Below, one piece after another: positions 11,163 to 22,306 of a stretch of DNA of 64,000 nt (position 1 is its first letter; each line of letters opens with the position of its first letter). The translations under genes and the position numbers were made by a program. Source of the stretch: an uncultured Chloroflexia bacterium (GTDB lineage: Bacteria; Chloroflexota; Limnocylindria; Limnocylindrales; CSP1-4); the NCBI GenBank assembly GCA_963768655.1, contig CAVYIM010000005.1, positions 384,001 through 448,000 of the forward strand, written 5' to 3'. The notes below the pieces were generated by a model that searched no databases, was not told the DNA's origin, and saw only the letters and a list, made by a program, of their open reading frames with translations.

Positions 11163-11858
11163 TCACGTTGCTCGGTCGGAGCACGTCGGGCGCGATGGCG
11201 TGGCCGCCTTCGGACGCATCGCCGGCGGCCGTCTGCCTTCGGCCCCTGCGCCTTCGGCCCCTGCGCCTGCGGCCGCCTCGCCGGCCGCCGCCTCCCGTCG
11301 CTCGATCGGCAGGCCGTCTTCCCCGAGCTCGATGCCCGGTCGCTTCGCCACCTCGGCCCGTAGCCCGGCCAGGCGATCGCGCATCTGCCGGCCGCCCAGA
11401 TCACCGGTGGTCATGATCAGGGCGTCCTCGTTGTCGTCGCTGTAGTAGCGCGGCCGCAGGCCGACCAGCGCGAAACCGTACTTCTCGTACAGGCGCCGGG
11501 CGGGGTGATTCGACGGCCGAACCTCCAGGGTCGCTTCGCGCGCCCCGCGCGCCTCCGCCAGCGCCAGCATGGCGATGAGAAGCCGCTCCCCCACTCCCTG
11601 GCGGCGCCAGGCTCGGCGCACCGCGAAAGTCGTGATGTGGGCCTCGTCCACCATCAGCCACATCCCGGCGAAGCCGACGACGCGGTCTCCGTGGCGGGCA
11701 ACGATGTAGTGGGCCATGCGGTTGTTCTCGAGCTCGGAGCGGTAGGCATGCGGCGGCCAGGGCGTGGTGAAGCTCTCCCGTTCGATCTCCTGGACCGCGG
11801 GCAGGTCGTCGACCGACATGCGATCGACGACGATCGCTACGGAAGGTCGCGCGACCAA
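11163..11858 (-). CDS. rimI: Ribosomal-protein-alanine N-acetyltransferase RimI
   Basis: IERESFTTPW, EAHITTFAV, RRQGVG, TLEVRPSN, RPRYYSDDNEDALIM; TTG 11858 with GGAGAGG RBS. Confidence 0.9.
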   Translation of the reverse strand: MVARPSVAIVVDRMSVDDLPAVQEIERESFTTPWPPHAYRSELENNRMAHYIVARHGDRVVGFAGMWLMVDEAHITTFAVRRAWRRQGVGERLLIAMLALAEARGAREATLEVRPSNHPARRLYEKYGFALVGLRPRYYSDDNEDALIMTTGDLGGRQMRDRLAGLRAEVAKRPGIELGEDGLPIERREAAAGEAAAGAGAEGAGAEGRRPPAMRPKAATPSRPTCSDRAT

Positions 11859-12506
11859 CGCACCTCTCCCTTCACCGCGCCGATGCCGCGCGGCAGCGTC
11901 ACGTACTCGGGCACGAGGCGCGCGACGTCGTCGCCGCCGGCGGCAATGCGGGCGGCTCCGAGCGCGAGCAGCGCGGACGCCAGGCCTTCCTCCGCTCGGG
12001 CGCCGAGACGCCATTGCCGCTTCCGGGGCGCGGCCCGGGAGGTCCACGGCCACCAGGACGGCATCTGCCGGCAGCTCCGGTTCTTCTCCGCCCTTGACCA
12101 GCGTTGCCCGTCCGGCGACGACGAAGACTCGATCTGAAGGTCCGGCCGGCAGCAGGAGGACGGCCTGCTCTCCAACGCCTGCGTCCGCAACGGCAAGCAA
12201 CGCCCCCGACGTCGCGATGCCTGCGATCGGGATGTCCAACCCCCGAGCGAGCGCCTTCGCGGTCGCGATGCCCACGCGCATGCCCGTGAACGCCCCGGGC
12301 CCCGTCCCGACGACGATCCCGCCCAGGTCGGAGAGCGCGACGCCGTTCGAGCGAAGCAGCTCGTCGGTCCGGGTCAAGAGCTCTTCGCCGTGGCGATAGC
12401 CGGCGGGCCAGCGCCGCTCGTCGATGAGGGCGCCCGTCGTCGAGCCCAGTGCGACCAGCGCACGAGTGCCCGAGGTGTCGATCGCGAGCAGGGGCCGGCC
12501 GGTCAT
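11837..12506 (-). CDS. tsaB: tRNA threonylcarbamoylation protein TsaB (one +1 frameshift near 12008)
   Basis: LLAIDTS, HGEELL, VGTGPGAFTGMRVG; the TsaB-like C-terminus (ARLVPEYVTLP) lies in a second frame ending at 11837. Confidence 0.88.
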
Positions 12507-13003
12507 CGCGGCGATCCTTCGGCCGCCGGCTCCGGCAGCGCCGCGAGGTAGCGCTCGTAGTCGGCCGAGCCGGCCCGCAAGCGGATGGATCGCGGGTCGT
12601 CGCCCGTGCCCTCGATCAGGACCTCCAGCCGCCCTGCGGGCATCGCGTCCTCGAGTCGTTCGGCCCATTCGATCAGCGTGACGCCCTCACCCTGGCGCTC
12701 GTCGACGAGGCCGCCCGCCAGCGCCTCGGCCGCGCCGGCCAGCCGGTACAGGTCGATGTGGAAGAGCGGCAGCCGCCCGCGGTATTCCGCCATCAGCACG
12801 AAGCTCGGCGAGACGATCGTGTCGGTCACGCCCAGCCCCGCCCCAAAGCCCTTGGCGAACTGCGTCTTGCCCGCCCCCAGCTCTCCTACCAGACTGATCA
12901 AGTCGCCCGGCCGCGCCGCGGCCGCCAGCGCCCCCGCCAGGGCGCGCGTCCCCGCGGGATCCCGCGTCTCGACCGTCCGTTCCGGACTCCGTCCTTCGAT
13001 CAC
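12503..13003 (-). CDS. tsaE: tRNA threonylcarbamoylation ATPase TsaE
   Basis: GELGAGKT P-loop, SPSF, HIDLYRL, IEWAE. Confidence 0.96.
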   Translation of the reverse strand: MIEGRSPERTVETRDPAGTRALAGALAAAARPGDLISLVGELGAGKTQFAKGFGAGLGVTDTIVSPSFVLMAEYRGRLPLFHIDLYRLAGAAEALAGGLVDERQGEGVTLIEWAERLEDAMPAGRLEVLIEGTGDDPRSIRLRAGSADYERYLAALPEPAAEGSPR

Positions 13004-13127
13004 GCACGGAGGTTACCCGAAAGCGCGCCCGCGCCGCGCCCGAACCGCACCGCAAGCCCGTGTGCGCCACACGGACACGCAGCTCTGCGCCGTCCTCAGG
13101 CGCCGCCGAGGGCCCCGGCCTTGCGCC

Positions 13128-13934
13128 CTACGCCCGCACCAGCTCGCCGCGGCCGATCGTTTCGGCGTCTTTGGGCAGGTCGAGCAGGCCGTGGGGTCGG
13201 AGTCCGTCGCGGATGGCGATGGCCTCGTCGGTCTGCCACGGGTCGGATGGGTCGAAGGAATCGCCCTGGAGCCCTACCAGCACGCCGCCGGGCGGGATTA
13301 TCCTGGCCAGCGTGCCCCGCGGCAACGCCGAGCGCGTCACGAGCTGAAGCGTCGGCAGGGAGCGGCCCCGTCGCCCGAGGTAGGTTCGCCAGCCGACGAC
13401 GAGGTGGTCTCTCGAATCGTCCCGGACGGTGGCCTTGAACGAGTTGGTGGTGATCCAGGCCGTTCCCGGCCGCCAGAAGGCGATCGAGGCGCAGAGCGCG
13501 TCTTCGAGGAGCACCTCCGCCTGCCAGTCGCCTTCCCGGATCGACTTGACCGTCGCGCTCGCGATCGGCGCCGCGGCCAACCTGCTGCCGTCGACAACCC
13601 GGATGCTGAAACGCTCGTCGCCGTCGGGGCCGCACAGGAACGAGGCCGAGAAGCCTTCGGGCGCCGTGCTGGCCATCGTCGGCCGGCCCCGGTTGTCCGT
13701 CGCCGTGTAGCGGGTTCTCGGGTCGAACGTGAGCTGGAGCATCTGGATGAGGAACTCGGGGTCGTCGACGTCCAGCAGGGCCGGGCCGGCCGCCGGCGTG
13801 ATGAGGCGCAGACGCCCGAACTCAGGCGCGATCTCACGCAGGCCGCGGACGTAGCCCTGGACGGAATTCAGGAACCCGCCCAGCATCAACGGGCCGGCCC
13901 ACCAGTTCGATGTCGCGAAGAGGTGATCGACCAC
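13128..13934 (-). CDS. Hypothetical protein, Imm52-like immunity protein
   Basis: AAAGGGGG RBS and GTG at 13934; FWRPGTAWI...VVGWRTYL...GGVLV...FDPSDP...AIAIRDGL resembles Imm52 (PF15579) as recalled. Confidence 0.6.
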   Translation of the reverse strand: MVDHLFATSNWWAGPLMLGGFLNSVQGYVRGLREIAPEFGRLRLITPAAGPALLDVDDPEFLIQMLQLTFDPRTRYTATDNRGRPTMASTAPEGFSASFLCGPDGDERFSIRVVDGSRLAAAPIASATVKSIREGDWQAEVLLEDALCASIAFWRPGTAWITTNSFKATVRDDSRDHLVVGWRTYLGRRGRSLPTLQLVTRSALPRGTLARIIPPGGVLVGLQGDSFDPSDPWQTDEAIAIRDGLRPHGLLDLPKDAETIGRGELVRA

Positions 13935-13954
13935 TTCGCACCCCCTTTCGCCCG

Positions 13955-15083
13955 TCAGAGTATGAACCGCTCCAGGTCCGATAGGGCGATGATTGTTGGC
14001 CCGAGATCGTCGCCGAGTCGAACATTCGCGGCCTCGAGGTGAACGCCGGCCCGGAAACGGTGCAGACCGGCTGAGCCCAGCCAGCGACCCTCGCGGCCGG
14101 CGTGGACGCCGCTCCTGACTCGCACCCAATCCGGCGGAATCTCCGGCAGCGGCACGTCGACGACGTCCAGGACCAGCAGCGGTGGTTCGGTGATGACGGC
14201 GACCTCGCGGCCGGCCAGCGCGGCCAGCAGGGCGAGGATCGGGGACGCGATGGGGCGGCGCTGGTGACCGTCGAGCCCCAGCACGCCGAAAGGCGGAATC
14301 GAATGCAGGCCGGCGCGCTGGCGAGCCTCGGAGGCGGCCAGGTCGCGCAGCTCGGCCTGGCCGAGCGAGCCCGCGACCATGCCCCGAATCGACATGGCCC
14401 GCGCCCGGGTGAGCGCCTCGGCCGAGACGCGGCCGCCGGCGACGACGATCGCACCCGAGCGGCCCATGTCCAGCGCGGTATCGCGCAACTCCCCGTCGAC
14501 GAGGCGAGGAACGTCGAGGTAGCCGCGGGCCGGCCTGTCCGCCGGCGACGGCCGCGGGGATCGCGACCCCGGCCACCCTCATGGCAATGCCGATGCAGTT
14601 GGTGGCTTCGACGATGACGCCCGCCGTGGGCGACTCGGTCTTCTCGTGGCGCTCGCCGGCGGCAGCGCTCCAGCGCCCGTTGAGCTCATACAGGAGCGTT
14701 CCGCCGACGCGCCGCGGACCCTCCCGGCGCGCATTCTTGCCGCGGCGCTCGTCCCCGCCCACCCACCACTTGCCCGGCGTCGGCGGGCGGCGGCGTTCCT
14801 GCTGCGGGTCCTTCCAGCCCACGTTGCCGTTTCCTTTGCCGCTGCCGTTCGGGGACGCGCTCAGCCGGCCGACTTCGACGAACTCCGCGTCCAACGTCCG
14901 CTCCGCGATCGGCATCCCCGCGGTCACTTTCTGGCCCGGGCTCACGAGCACTCGATCGCCTGGTCCAAGGCGGAGCTGGACTACGGGCGACACCACCAGG
15001 ATCCGGCGGCCCGGGATTCGGGCCAGCTCGGGCGGGACGGCAGGCGTTGCGGCGCGCCCAGATACGCGCGTCCTGGGGCTCAT
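13955..15083 (-). CDS. Uncharacterised protein, N-terminal barrel-sandwich-hybrid-like motif and C-terminal KOW/SH3-like region (one +1 frameshift near 14534)
   Basis: ATG 15083 overlaps the upstream stop; RVLVSPGQKVTAGMPIA and ESPTAGVIV half-motifs; the frame continues in ORF 13955..14488 (VRVRSGVHAGREG). Confidence 0.7.
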
Positions 15084-17053
15084 TCGTCGATCTCCGACCA
15101 CATCGCCCGCTGCCACGATTCCCATGTCGCGCGCTTCTGATCGGCCCTGTCGGGCAGCCGCAACGGGATGTCGCGCAGGTCGACGAACAGCCCGCCGAGC
15201 CCACCGGAGACTTCGACGCTGAAGTGCTTCCCGCGCGCCCCCAGCCTGACGGCGTCCCGAAAGTCCATGTCGGCCGTGGCGGTTTGACCGGGCGGCAGCT
15301 CAACCGCCCAGATGCCGCCGGGCTGGAGGTCGATGTCGGAGTTGGCGGTTTCGCCGATGACGCGCATCCGCCCGGCGCTCCGGCCCTGGCGGATGCCCGC
15401 CGGCAGGATCAGGCTGCCCAGTGGCAGGAGCACGTCGTCGACCAGGTCCTTGAGCATCTTGCGCCGTTCTTCCTCGTCGACGATGGCGCCCATCGGCCCG
15501 AGGAGTCGGGCCTGGTCGCACGCGAGGCGCCCGACGCCGGGCCGCCGGACGAGGTCCGCCATGGCCAGCGCCACGACCGAAGGCGGCGTCGACGCCCAGA
15601 CTCCGCCGGCGGCGATCAGGATGTCAGGCATCTCGCGGGCCGAGATCTCCGGCGTGGCGGCGACGAGCCGCTGCACTGCCGCTTTCGCGGCCGCCAACCG
15701 AAGCAGCGCCCCTTCGCCGTCGGCTTCGCCCCAGGGCGACGAGCGCAGGTCGCGCAATCGGTCGCTGAGGCGGTAGCGGTCGAAGGCAATCGTCGACCAC
15801 GACGACACCGAGTCGATCATCTCGTCGGACAGGTCCTCCGGCGCGAACGACCCGCTCGCCATCCCGACGTGGGAGGACATGACGGTTCGATGTCCGGGCC
15901 CGACTGCTTCGGCGCGACACCGCAGGCCGCCGTCGATGCCGACTTCGAGCACTTCGATCGACTTGTCGAGCAGCAGGGCCAGCGACCGAACGGACCGGGC
16001 GATGCCGAGCCTGCTCTCGTCCGAGCGGGCGCGCAGGCCTTCGAGCACCTGCTGGAGCGCGGCTCCCGCAGGCTGACCCGATTCGGCGTCGGGCGCCAGC
16101 AGCACGCTGTCGTGGCGGTCGCCGGCCGGGGCCGGCAACTCGACCGGGGCGGCGTGGGCCGGTGCCTCAGGTTCGGGAGCGTGAGGGGCGGCCGCCGCGG
16201 CGACGGTGGCAATCGCGGCGCCAGCTGCCGCCGCCGCGTCCAACCCCGCGGCGGGCGTGGCCCCGCGCGCCTCTTCCGAAGATTGACCCTCCGGTGCGGG
16301 CTCGCCGGGAACCGCCGCGGAGGGTGCCCCGGCGGGCATGTCCGCAGGTGCGGCGCCGGTCTCTTCGATCGCATCGGCGCTCGTTTCCACGGCGACCGTG
16401 GCTGGGGCCTCTTCGGCCGGCTCGGCCGGGACGGCCACTTTCACTGCGTCGGGGATGTGGTCGTGCTGACCCGCCCCGGAGAAGTCCGACTCCTGGATGG
16501 CAGCCCCGCCCGCCAGAACGACCGCCAGTTCCGGCCGGCTACGCGCGGCGGCGGCCACGAGCGCGCCCAGCATCGGCAGGTGGCGCTTCTCGTCCCCGGC
16601 CGGAGTCGAGTCGGTGCCCAGCAGGACGGCGTGGGTGTCCCACGCGAGCGCCAGGCGGCTGAGCTCCAGCGGGTCGTCCACGTCGGCGCTGCCACCGACT
16701 ACCAGCCAGCCCGCACGAGCGGCGATTTCTTCCAGCCGCCGCCGCTGGCGCCTGGAGCCGGCGATCACGGCGATACGGCGAGGGGGCGAGCTTCGACTCT
16801 CCAGGCGCGCCAGATCGGCGACCAGCGCGGCGGCGCTGGGCCGCTCCCTGGCGCTGACGAACTCGAGGAGCTCCCGGTCCGCGCGCTCGACGCGGTCCAG
16901 GATGCCGAACAGCAACGCGTCCAGATCCGTCGTCGCGGGTGCCGCGGCATGGGCCAGGAGGCGCCAGCGGCCACCGGCATGGCCGACGAGAGCCGCCGAG
17001 GTCGTGGCCGCACCGAAGTCCAGGGCGAAGAAAGCTCGGGGTTGACGGCTCAC
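15080..17053 (-). CDS. GlmL/MutL-like (glutamate mutase L family) ASKHA actin-fold protein
   Basis: N-terminal phosphate-1-like FFALDFGAATTSAAL; DILIAAGGV; C-terminal GGLGGLFVDLRDIPLRLP; internal Ala/Pro/Glu-rich linker. Confidence 0.7.
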   Translation of the reverse strand: MSRQPRAFFALDFGAATTSAALVGHAGGRWRLLAHAAAPATTDLDALLFGILDRVERADRELLEFVSARERPSAAALVADLARLESRSSPPRRIAVIAGSRRQRRRLEEIAARAGWLVVGGSADVDDPLELSRLALAWDTHAVLLGTDSTPAGDEKRHLPMLGALVAAAARSRPELAVVLAGGAAIQESDFSGAGQHDHIPDAVKVAVPAEPAEEAPATVAVETSADAIEETGAAPADMPAGAPSAAVPGEPAPEGQSSEEARGATPAAGLDAAAAAGAAIATVAAAAAPHAPEPEAPAHAAPVELPAPAGDRHDSVLLAPDAESGQPAGAALQQVLEGLRARSDESRLGIARSVRSLALLLDKSIEVLEVGIDGGLRCRAEAVGPGHRTVMSSHVGMASGSFAPEDLSDEMIDSVSSWSTIAFDRYRLSDRLRDLRSSPWGEADGEGALLRLAAAKAAVQRLVAATPEISAREMPDILIAAGGVWASTPPSVVALAMADLVRRPGVGRLACDQARLLGPMGAIVDEEERRKMLKDLVDDVLLPLGSLILPAGIRQGRSAGRMRVIGETANSDIDLQPGGIWAVELPPGQTATADMDFRDAVRLGARGKHFSVEVSGGLGGLFVDLRDIPLRLPDRADQKRATWESWQRAMWSEIDE

Positions 17054-17143
17054 GCGGCTATGCTAACCCGCTCGCCACCCTGTGGTGCAAGCGCGGTGAG
17101 CGGAAAGTATGTCGGAGGCCGAGCCGCCGGATCGCGAATCGCC

Positions 17144-17434
17144 TCACGCGTCCCAGGCGGTCTCTTCGTCCGGATCCTGGAGCCGCTCGATGAGCTGCTC
17201 GATGCCGAGGTCGTCGGCCAGGATTTCACTGGCCACGGGTACGTCGCCACCGAAGACGTGCCGCAGCGTGGGGTCGAAGAAGACCATCGCTCCGCTGCCC
17301 AGCCGTCGGTACGGGCGGCTTGCCTGCAGGAATAGGACGGCGGGGACCGCGAGGCCGCGCAGCTGGATCTCCCGCGCCGCCTGCTCGACGAGATCGTCGC
17401 GCTGCTCTTCCGATCGGCCGGTCAGCTCCATCAA
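17144..17434 (-). CDS. Small conserved-looking hypothetical helical protein
   Basis: 96 aa; AAREIQLRGLAVPAVLFLQASRPYRRLGSGAMVFFDP; GC3-biased codons; start uncertain. Confidence 0.7.
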   Translation of the reverse strand: MMELTGRSEEQRDDLVEQAAREIQLRGLAVPAVLFLQASRPYRRLGSGAMVFFDPTLRHVFGGDVPVASEILADDLGIEQLIERLQDPDEETAWDA

Positions 17435-17515
17435 CTCGGCACCCTGCTCACTCCTGTCCGGCCATCGTGACGGCCGTTCACGTCCGGCGCCGACAGATCG
17501 GCAGCCTCGTGACTT

Positions 17516-18982
17516 CTACTCGCAACCGAGAGGACCGGGTTCTTCCTCGCTCGTCCGCGCGTCCGGGTTGCCGATCTCTCCTCCACCCCAGGCGAGATCG
17601 CACGCGACGGCGCGCATCTGGACGGCTTTGGCTGCCGCATAGTACACCCGGGGTAACCGCCCCGACATCGCGGTCACGATCTCGTAGGAGATCGTGTTGC
17701 CCCACCGCGCCATCTCGACCGCGTCGACCGTCTCGTCGCCCTGCGTTCCGATGAGCGTGAACTCATCATCCACGCTCACGGGGGCGCCCGGAACGTCCGT
17801 GACGTCGACCATCACGGCGTCCATCGCCACGGTGCCGACGGCCGGGGCGCGCCCCCCTCGTACTAGTACCTGGGCCTTGTTGGACAGGCTCCGGGGCAGC
17901 CCGTCGGCGTAACCGAGGGGCAGAGTGGCGATGCGGCTGCGTCGCGAGGTGACGAACGTGGGGCCGTAGCTGACGCCGGTCCCCGCGGCAAGCTCAGTCA
18001 CTCGAACCGGGCGGGCACGCAGCGAGAGGATCGGCCTCAGGCCAGCCGCGGTGGCCGCGTGGCGCTCATCCACCGCCAGCCCGTCGGGCACGATACCGTA
18101 CATGGCCAGCCCGACGCGGACGACGTCGTATCCGGGCGCGCTGGCGGCGAGCAGGCCGCCGCTGGCGGCGAGGTGGCGGTCGGGCATGCTGATGCCCACT
18201 TCCTCGAGCAGGCTCGACGCGAGGCCCAGGCGGGCCGCCTGATCGGCGGTCCTGTTCGGGTCGCCGGCCGCCTGGAGGTGCGACCAGAGGCCGGCGAGTC
18301 GAGCCCGCGGCGAAGCCTCGATGGCGGCGGCCGCGGACGGGACGTCGCTCGAGTGGAGGCCGCCGCGGCCGAGACCGGTCTCGACCTCGAGGTGGATCGG
18401 CAGCTCGCGGTCGGCCGCGACGTCGGCGTCGGTCAGACGATCCAGCACCGCCAGCGTCCGTTCCAGGAGCGTCTGATCGCCGGCCGTGAGTGACAGGCCC
18501 AGGCGCATCGCGTCGGGCACGAGCTCGGGCGGGATGGGGAACAGGACGAGGATCGGGACGGCGATGCCGGCCTGGCGCAACTCCAGCCCCTCGTCGAAGG
18601 TGGCGACGCTCAGGCTCTGGACTCCCGCCCCCACGAGCGCGCGGGCCACCGGAACCGCTCCGTGCCCGTACGCGTCGCCTTTCACGACCGCTTCTAAACG
18701 AATCCCCGACGGCAGCGAACCCTGGAGGAGCCGGGCGTTCGAGACGAGGGCGTCGAGGTCAATCTCGATCCAGGCACTGCGCGGCAGTGGTGGGAGCGAC
18801 TGCCCGGGCGCAGCCTCGACGAGCGGCAGCCGCGTGGCGACGATCCTGGCGCCGGAACCGGGCGCGGCCTTGTCTGCGGCCGGCGTGGCCTCGCGCGCGC
18901 TCAGCGGACCGATCCCGCGGTCGGGGCCGTTCCCTCGGCCGCCGCCGCGAGACGCTTTCGCGCCAGAGGCAGCTCCGGGCAC
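17516..18982 (-). CDS. alr: Alanine racemase (true start uncertain, probably downstream of 18982)
   Basis: AWIEIDLDAL, AVVKGDAYGHG (PLP lysine), ETGLGRGG, GVSYG, GYADG, VGTVAMD, TISYEI. Confidence 0.93.
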   Translation of the reverse strand: MPGAASGAKASRGGGRGNGPDRGIGPLSAREATPAADKAAPGSGARIVATRLPLVEAAPGQSLPPLPRSAWIEIDLDALVSNARLLQGSLPSGIRLEAVVKGDAYGHGAVPVARALVGAGVQSLSVATFDEGLELRQAGIAVPILVLFPIPPELVPDAMRLGLSLTAGDQTLLERTLAVLDRLTDADVAADRELPIHLEVETGLGRGGLHSSDVPSAAAAIEASPRARLAGLWSHLQAAGDPNRTADQAARLGLASSLLEEVGISMPDRHLAASGGLLAASAPGYDVVRVGLAMYGIVPDGLAVDERHAATAAGLRPILSLRARPVRVTELAAGTGVSYGPTFVTSRRSRIATLPLGYADGLPRSLSNKAQVLVRGGRAPAVGTVAMDAVMVDVTDVPGAPVSVDDEFTLIGTQGDETVDAVEMARWGNTISYEIVTAMSGRLPRVYYAAAKAVQMRAVACDLAWGGGEIGNPDARTSEEEPGPLGCE

Positions 18983-19872
18983 AGGTCCGACGCCAGCAGC
19001 CCCGCGTCGCCGATGCGGGCACGGACCGCCTCGCCGGCCATGCCGTGCAGGTAGACGCCCAGTTGCGCCGCCTCGAACGTGCCGAGGCCCTGCGCCAGAA
19101 GCGCCCCGATCGTGCCCGACAGGACGTCGCCAGTTCCGGCGCTGGCCAGCGCCGGATTCTCGAACGGAGATACCGCGGTTCGGCCACCGGGCTCCGCGAT
19201 CACCGTTCGCGCACCCTTGAGGACCACCACCTGGCGCCAGTCCCGGGCGGCGTCGCGGGCCGCGCCAACCCGCCTCGCGTCGTCGAAGACGAGATTGCCC
19301 ATCTTCTCGGGATCGTGTCCATCGGCGGCCCTCAACCGCAGGAACTCGCCGACGTGCGGCGTCAGGACGCAGCGGGCGGCGACTTCGGGGGCCCAGCCGT
19401 CGACGGTGGCCAGCGATCGCAGCGCCTCCGCGTCCAGGACCGCCGGCACGGGCTCGCCGTCCTCGTCCCCGGCGAGGAGGCCGCGGATCAGGTCGGTCAT
19501 CGACAGGCTCGGCTTGAGCCCCGGGCCGACCACCAGGGCGTCGTGGTCGTGATCGAGGATGCGCGCCAGCGCTTCCTCGGGATCGACTTCCTCGACGTCA
19601 TCTTCCGGCAGCGACAGCGTCGTCGCCTCGACCACTTTTGCCGCGAAGAGCGGCTGCAGCGATTCGACGGTGGCCAGCGTCACGAGCCCGGCTCCGGCCC
19701 GGCCGGCCGCGTTGCAGACCAGCAGCGCCGCGCCGGCGTAGTCGACCGATCCGGCGATGACCAGCAGCTTGCCGAAGGTGCCCTTGTGCCCTCGAGCCGG
19801 GCGGGTCGGAACCAGAGCTGCGGCGGCCGCGTCGTCGAGCGCGATCGTCTCGGGGATGGTCCTAGCGGGCAT
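18901..19872 (-). CDS. nnrD: ADP-dependent NAD(P)H-hydrate dehydratase, stand-alone (no epimerase domain)
   Basis: HKGTFG, AGAGLVT, GPGL, DAEAL, LTPHVGEF, VLKGA, LASAGTGDVLSG. Confidence 0.92.
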   Translation of the reverse strand: MPARTIPETIALDDAAAAALVPTRPARGHKGTFGKLLVIAGSVDYAGAALLVCNAAGRAGAGLVTLATVESLQPLFAAKVVEATTLSLPEDDVEEVDPEEALARILDHDHDALVVGPGLKPSLSMTDLIRGLLAGDEDGEPVPAVLDAEALRSLATVDGWAPEVAARCVLTPHVGEFLRLRAADGHDPEKMGNLVFDDARRVGAARDAARDWRQVVVLKGARTVIAEPGGRTAVSPFENPALASAGTGDVLSGTIGALLAQGLGTFEAAQLGVYLHGMAGEAVRARIGDAGLLASDLCPELPLARKRLAAAAEGTAPTAGSVR

Positions 19873-20479
19873 CTTCACCCCCCTCGAGCCCCGCCGCCTC
19901 GCGCTGCATCGATCGCAGACGCTCCAGGCGCCCTAGCAGGTGCCGCTCGCGCTCGTCGAGCCGTTCCTCGATGTCGGGCGGGAAGAGGAACCGGCCGCCG
20001 GCCGTCCTCACGCCGTACGCGGTGGCGACGGCGAACTCAGACTCGTGGCTGATGGAGACGGCAATTCGGCCCATGCCGAGCTGGGTCGCCCGTCGGGCAG
20101 CTCGACCGTGCAGCCGAACGGCCGGCTGGCCGGTCGGCAGTCGCTCGATCTCGATGTCGCGCCAGCCAATTCCCCGAACGCCGAGTCCCAGCACCTTCGA
20201 GACCGCCTCCTTGGCGGCCCACCTGCCGGCCAGCGTCTCGGGTCGATTCCGGACGTAGGCAGCTTCGGCCGGCGTCAGGACGCGCGCCGCAAACCGATCG
20301 CCAAAGCGTTTCAGGGCGCCGGCGATGCGTTGCACGCGGATGATGTCGATGCCGAGCTCGGTGGTCTCGGCCGGTGCGGCGGCCGTCTCCGCGGCCGGCG
20401 CCTCGACTTCGGCAACGCCGCTCGCGGGCCGGGCCTCGCGCCCGTCACCCGGCTCCGGTCGCTGCCGCGCGCGCGCCAT
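19862..20479 (-). CDS. acpS: Holo-ACP synthase
   Basis: LGIDII, LAGRWAAKEAVSKVLG, VSISHE; N- and C-terminal extensions. Confidence 0.92.
   Translation of the reverse strand: MARARQRPEPGDGREARPASGVAEVEAPAAETAAAPAETTELGIDIIRVQRIAGALKRFGDRFAARVLTPAEAAYVRNRPETLAGRWAAKEAVSKVLGLGVRGIGWRDIEIERLPTGQPAVRLHGRAARRATQLGMGRIAVSISHESEFAVATAYGVRTAGGRFLFPPDIEERLDERERHLLGRLERLRSMQREAAGLEGGEDAR

Positions 20480-22306
<1,827 letters not shown>

Noticed and set aside
13128-15125. 665 aa single protein
   Set aside because: Chimera of two genes joined by out-of-frame sequence after the 14534 frameshift.
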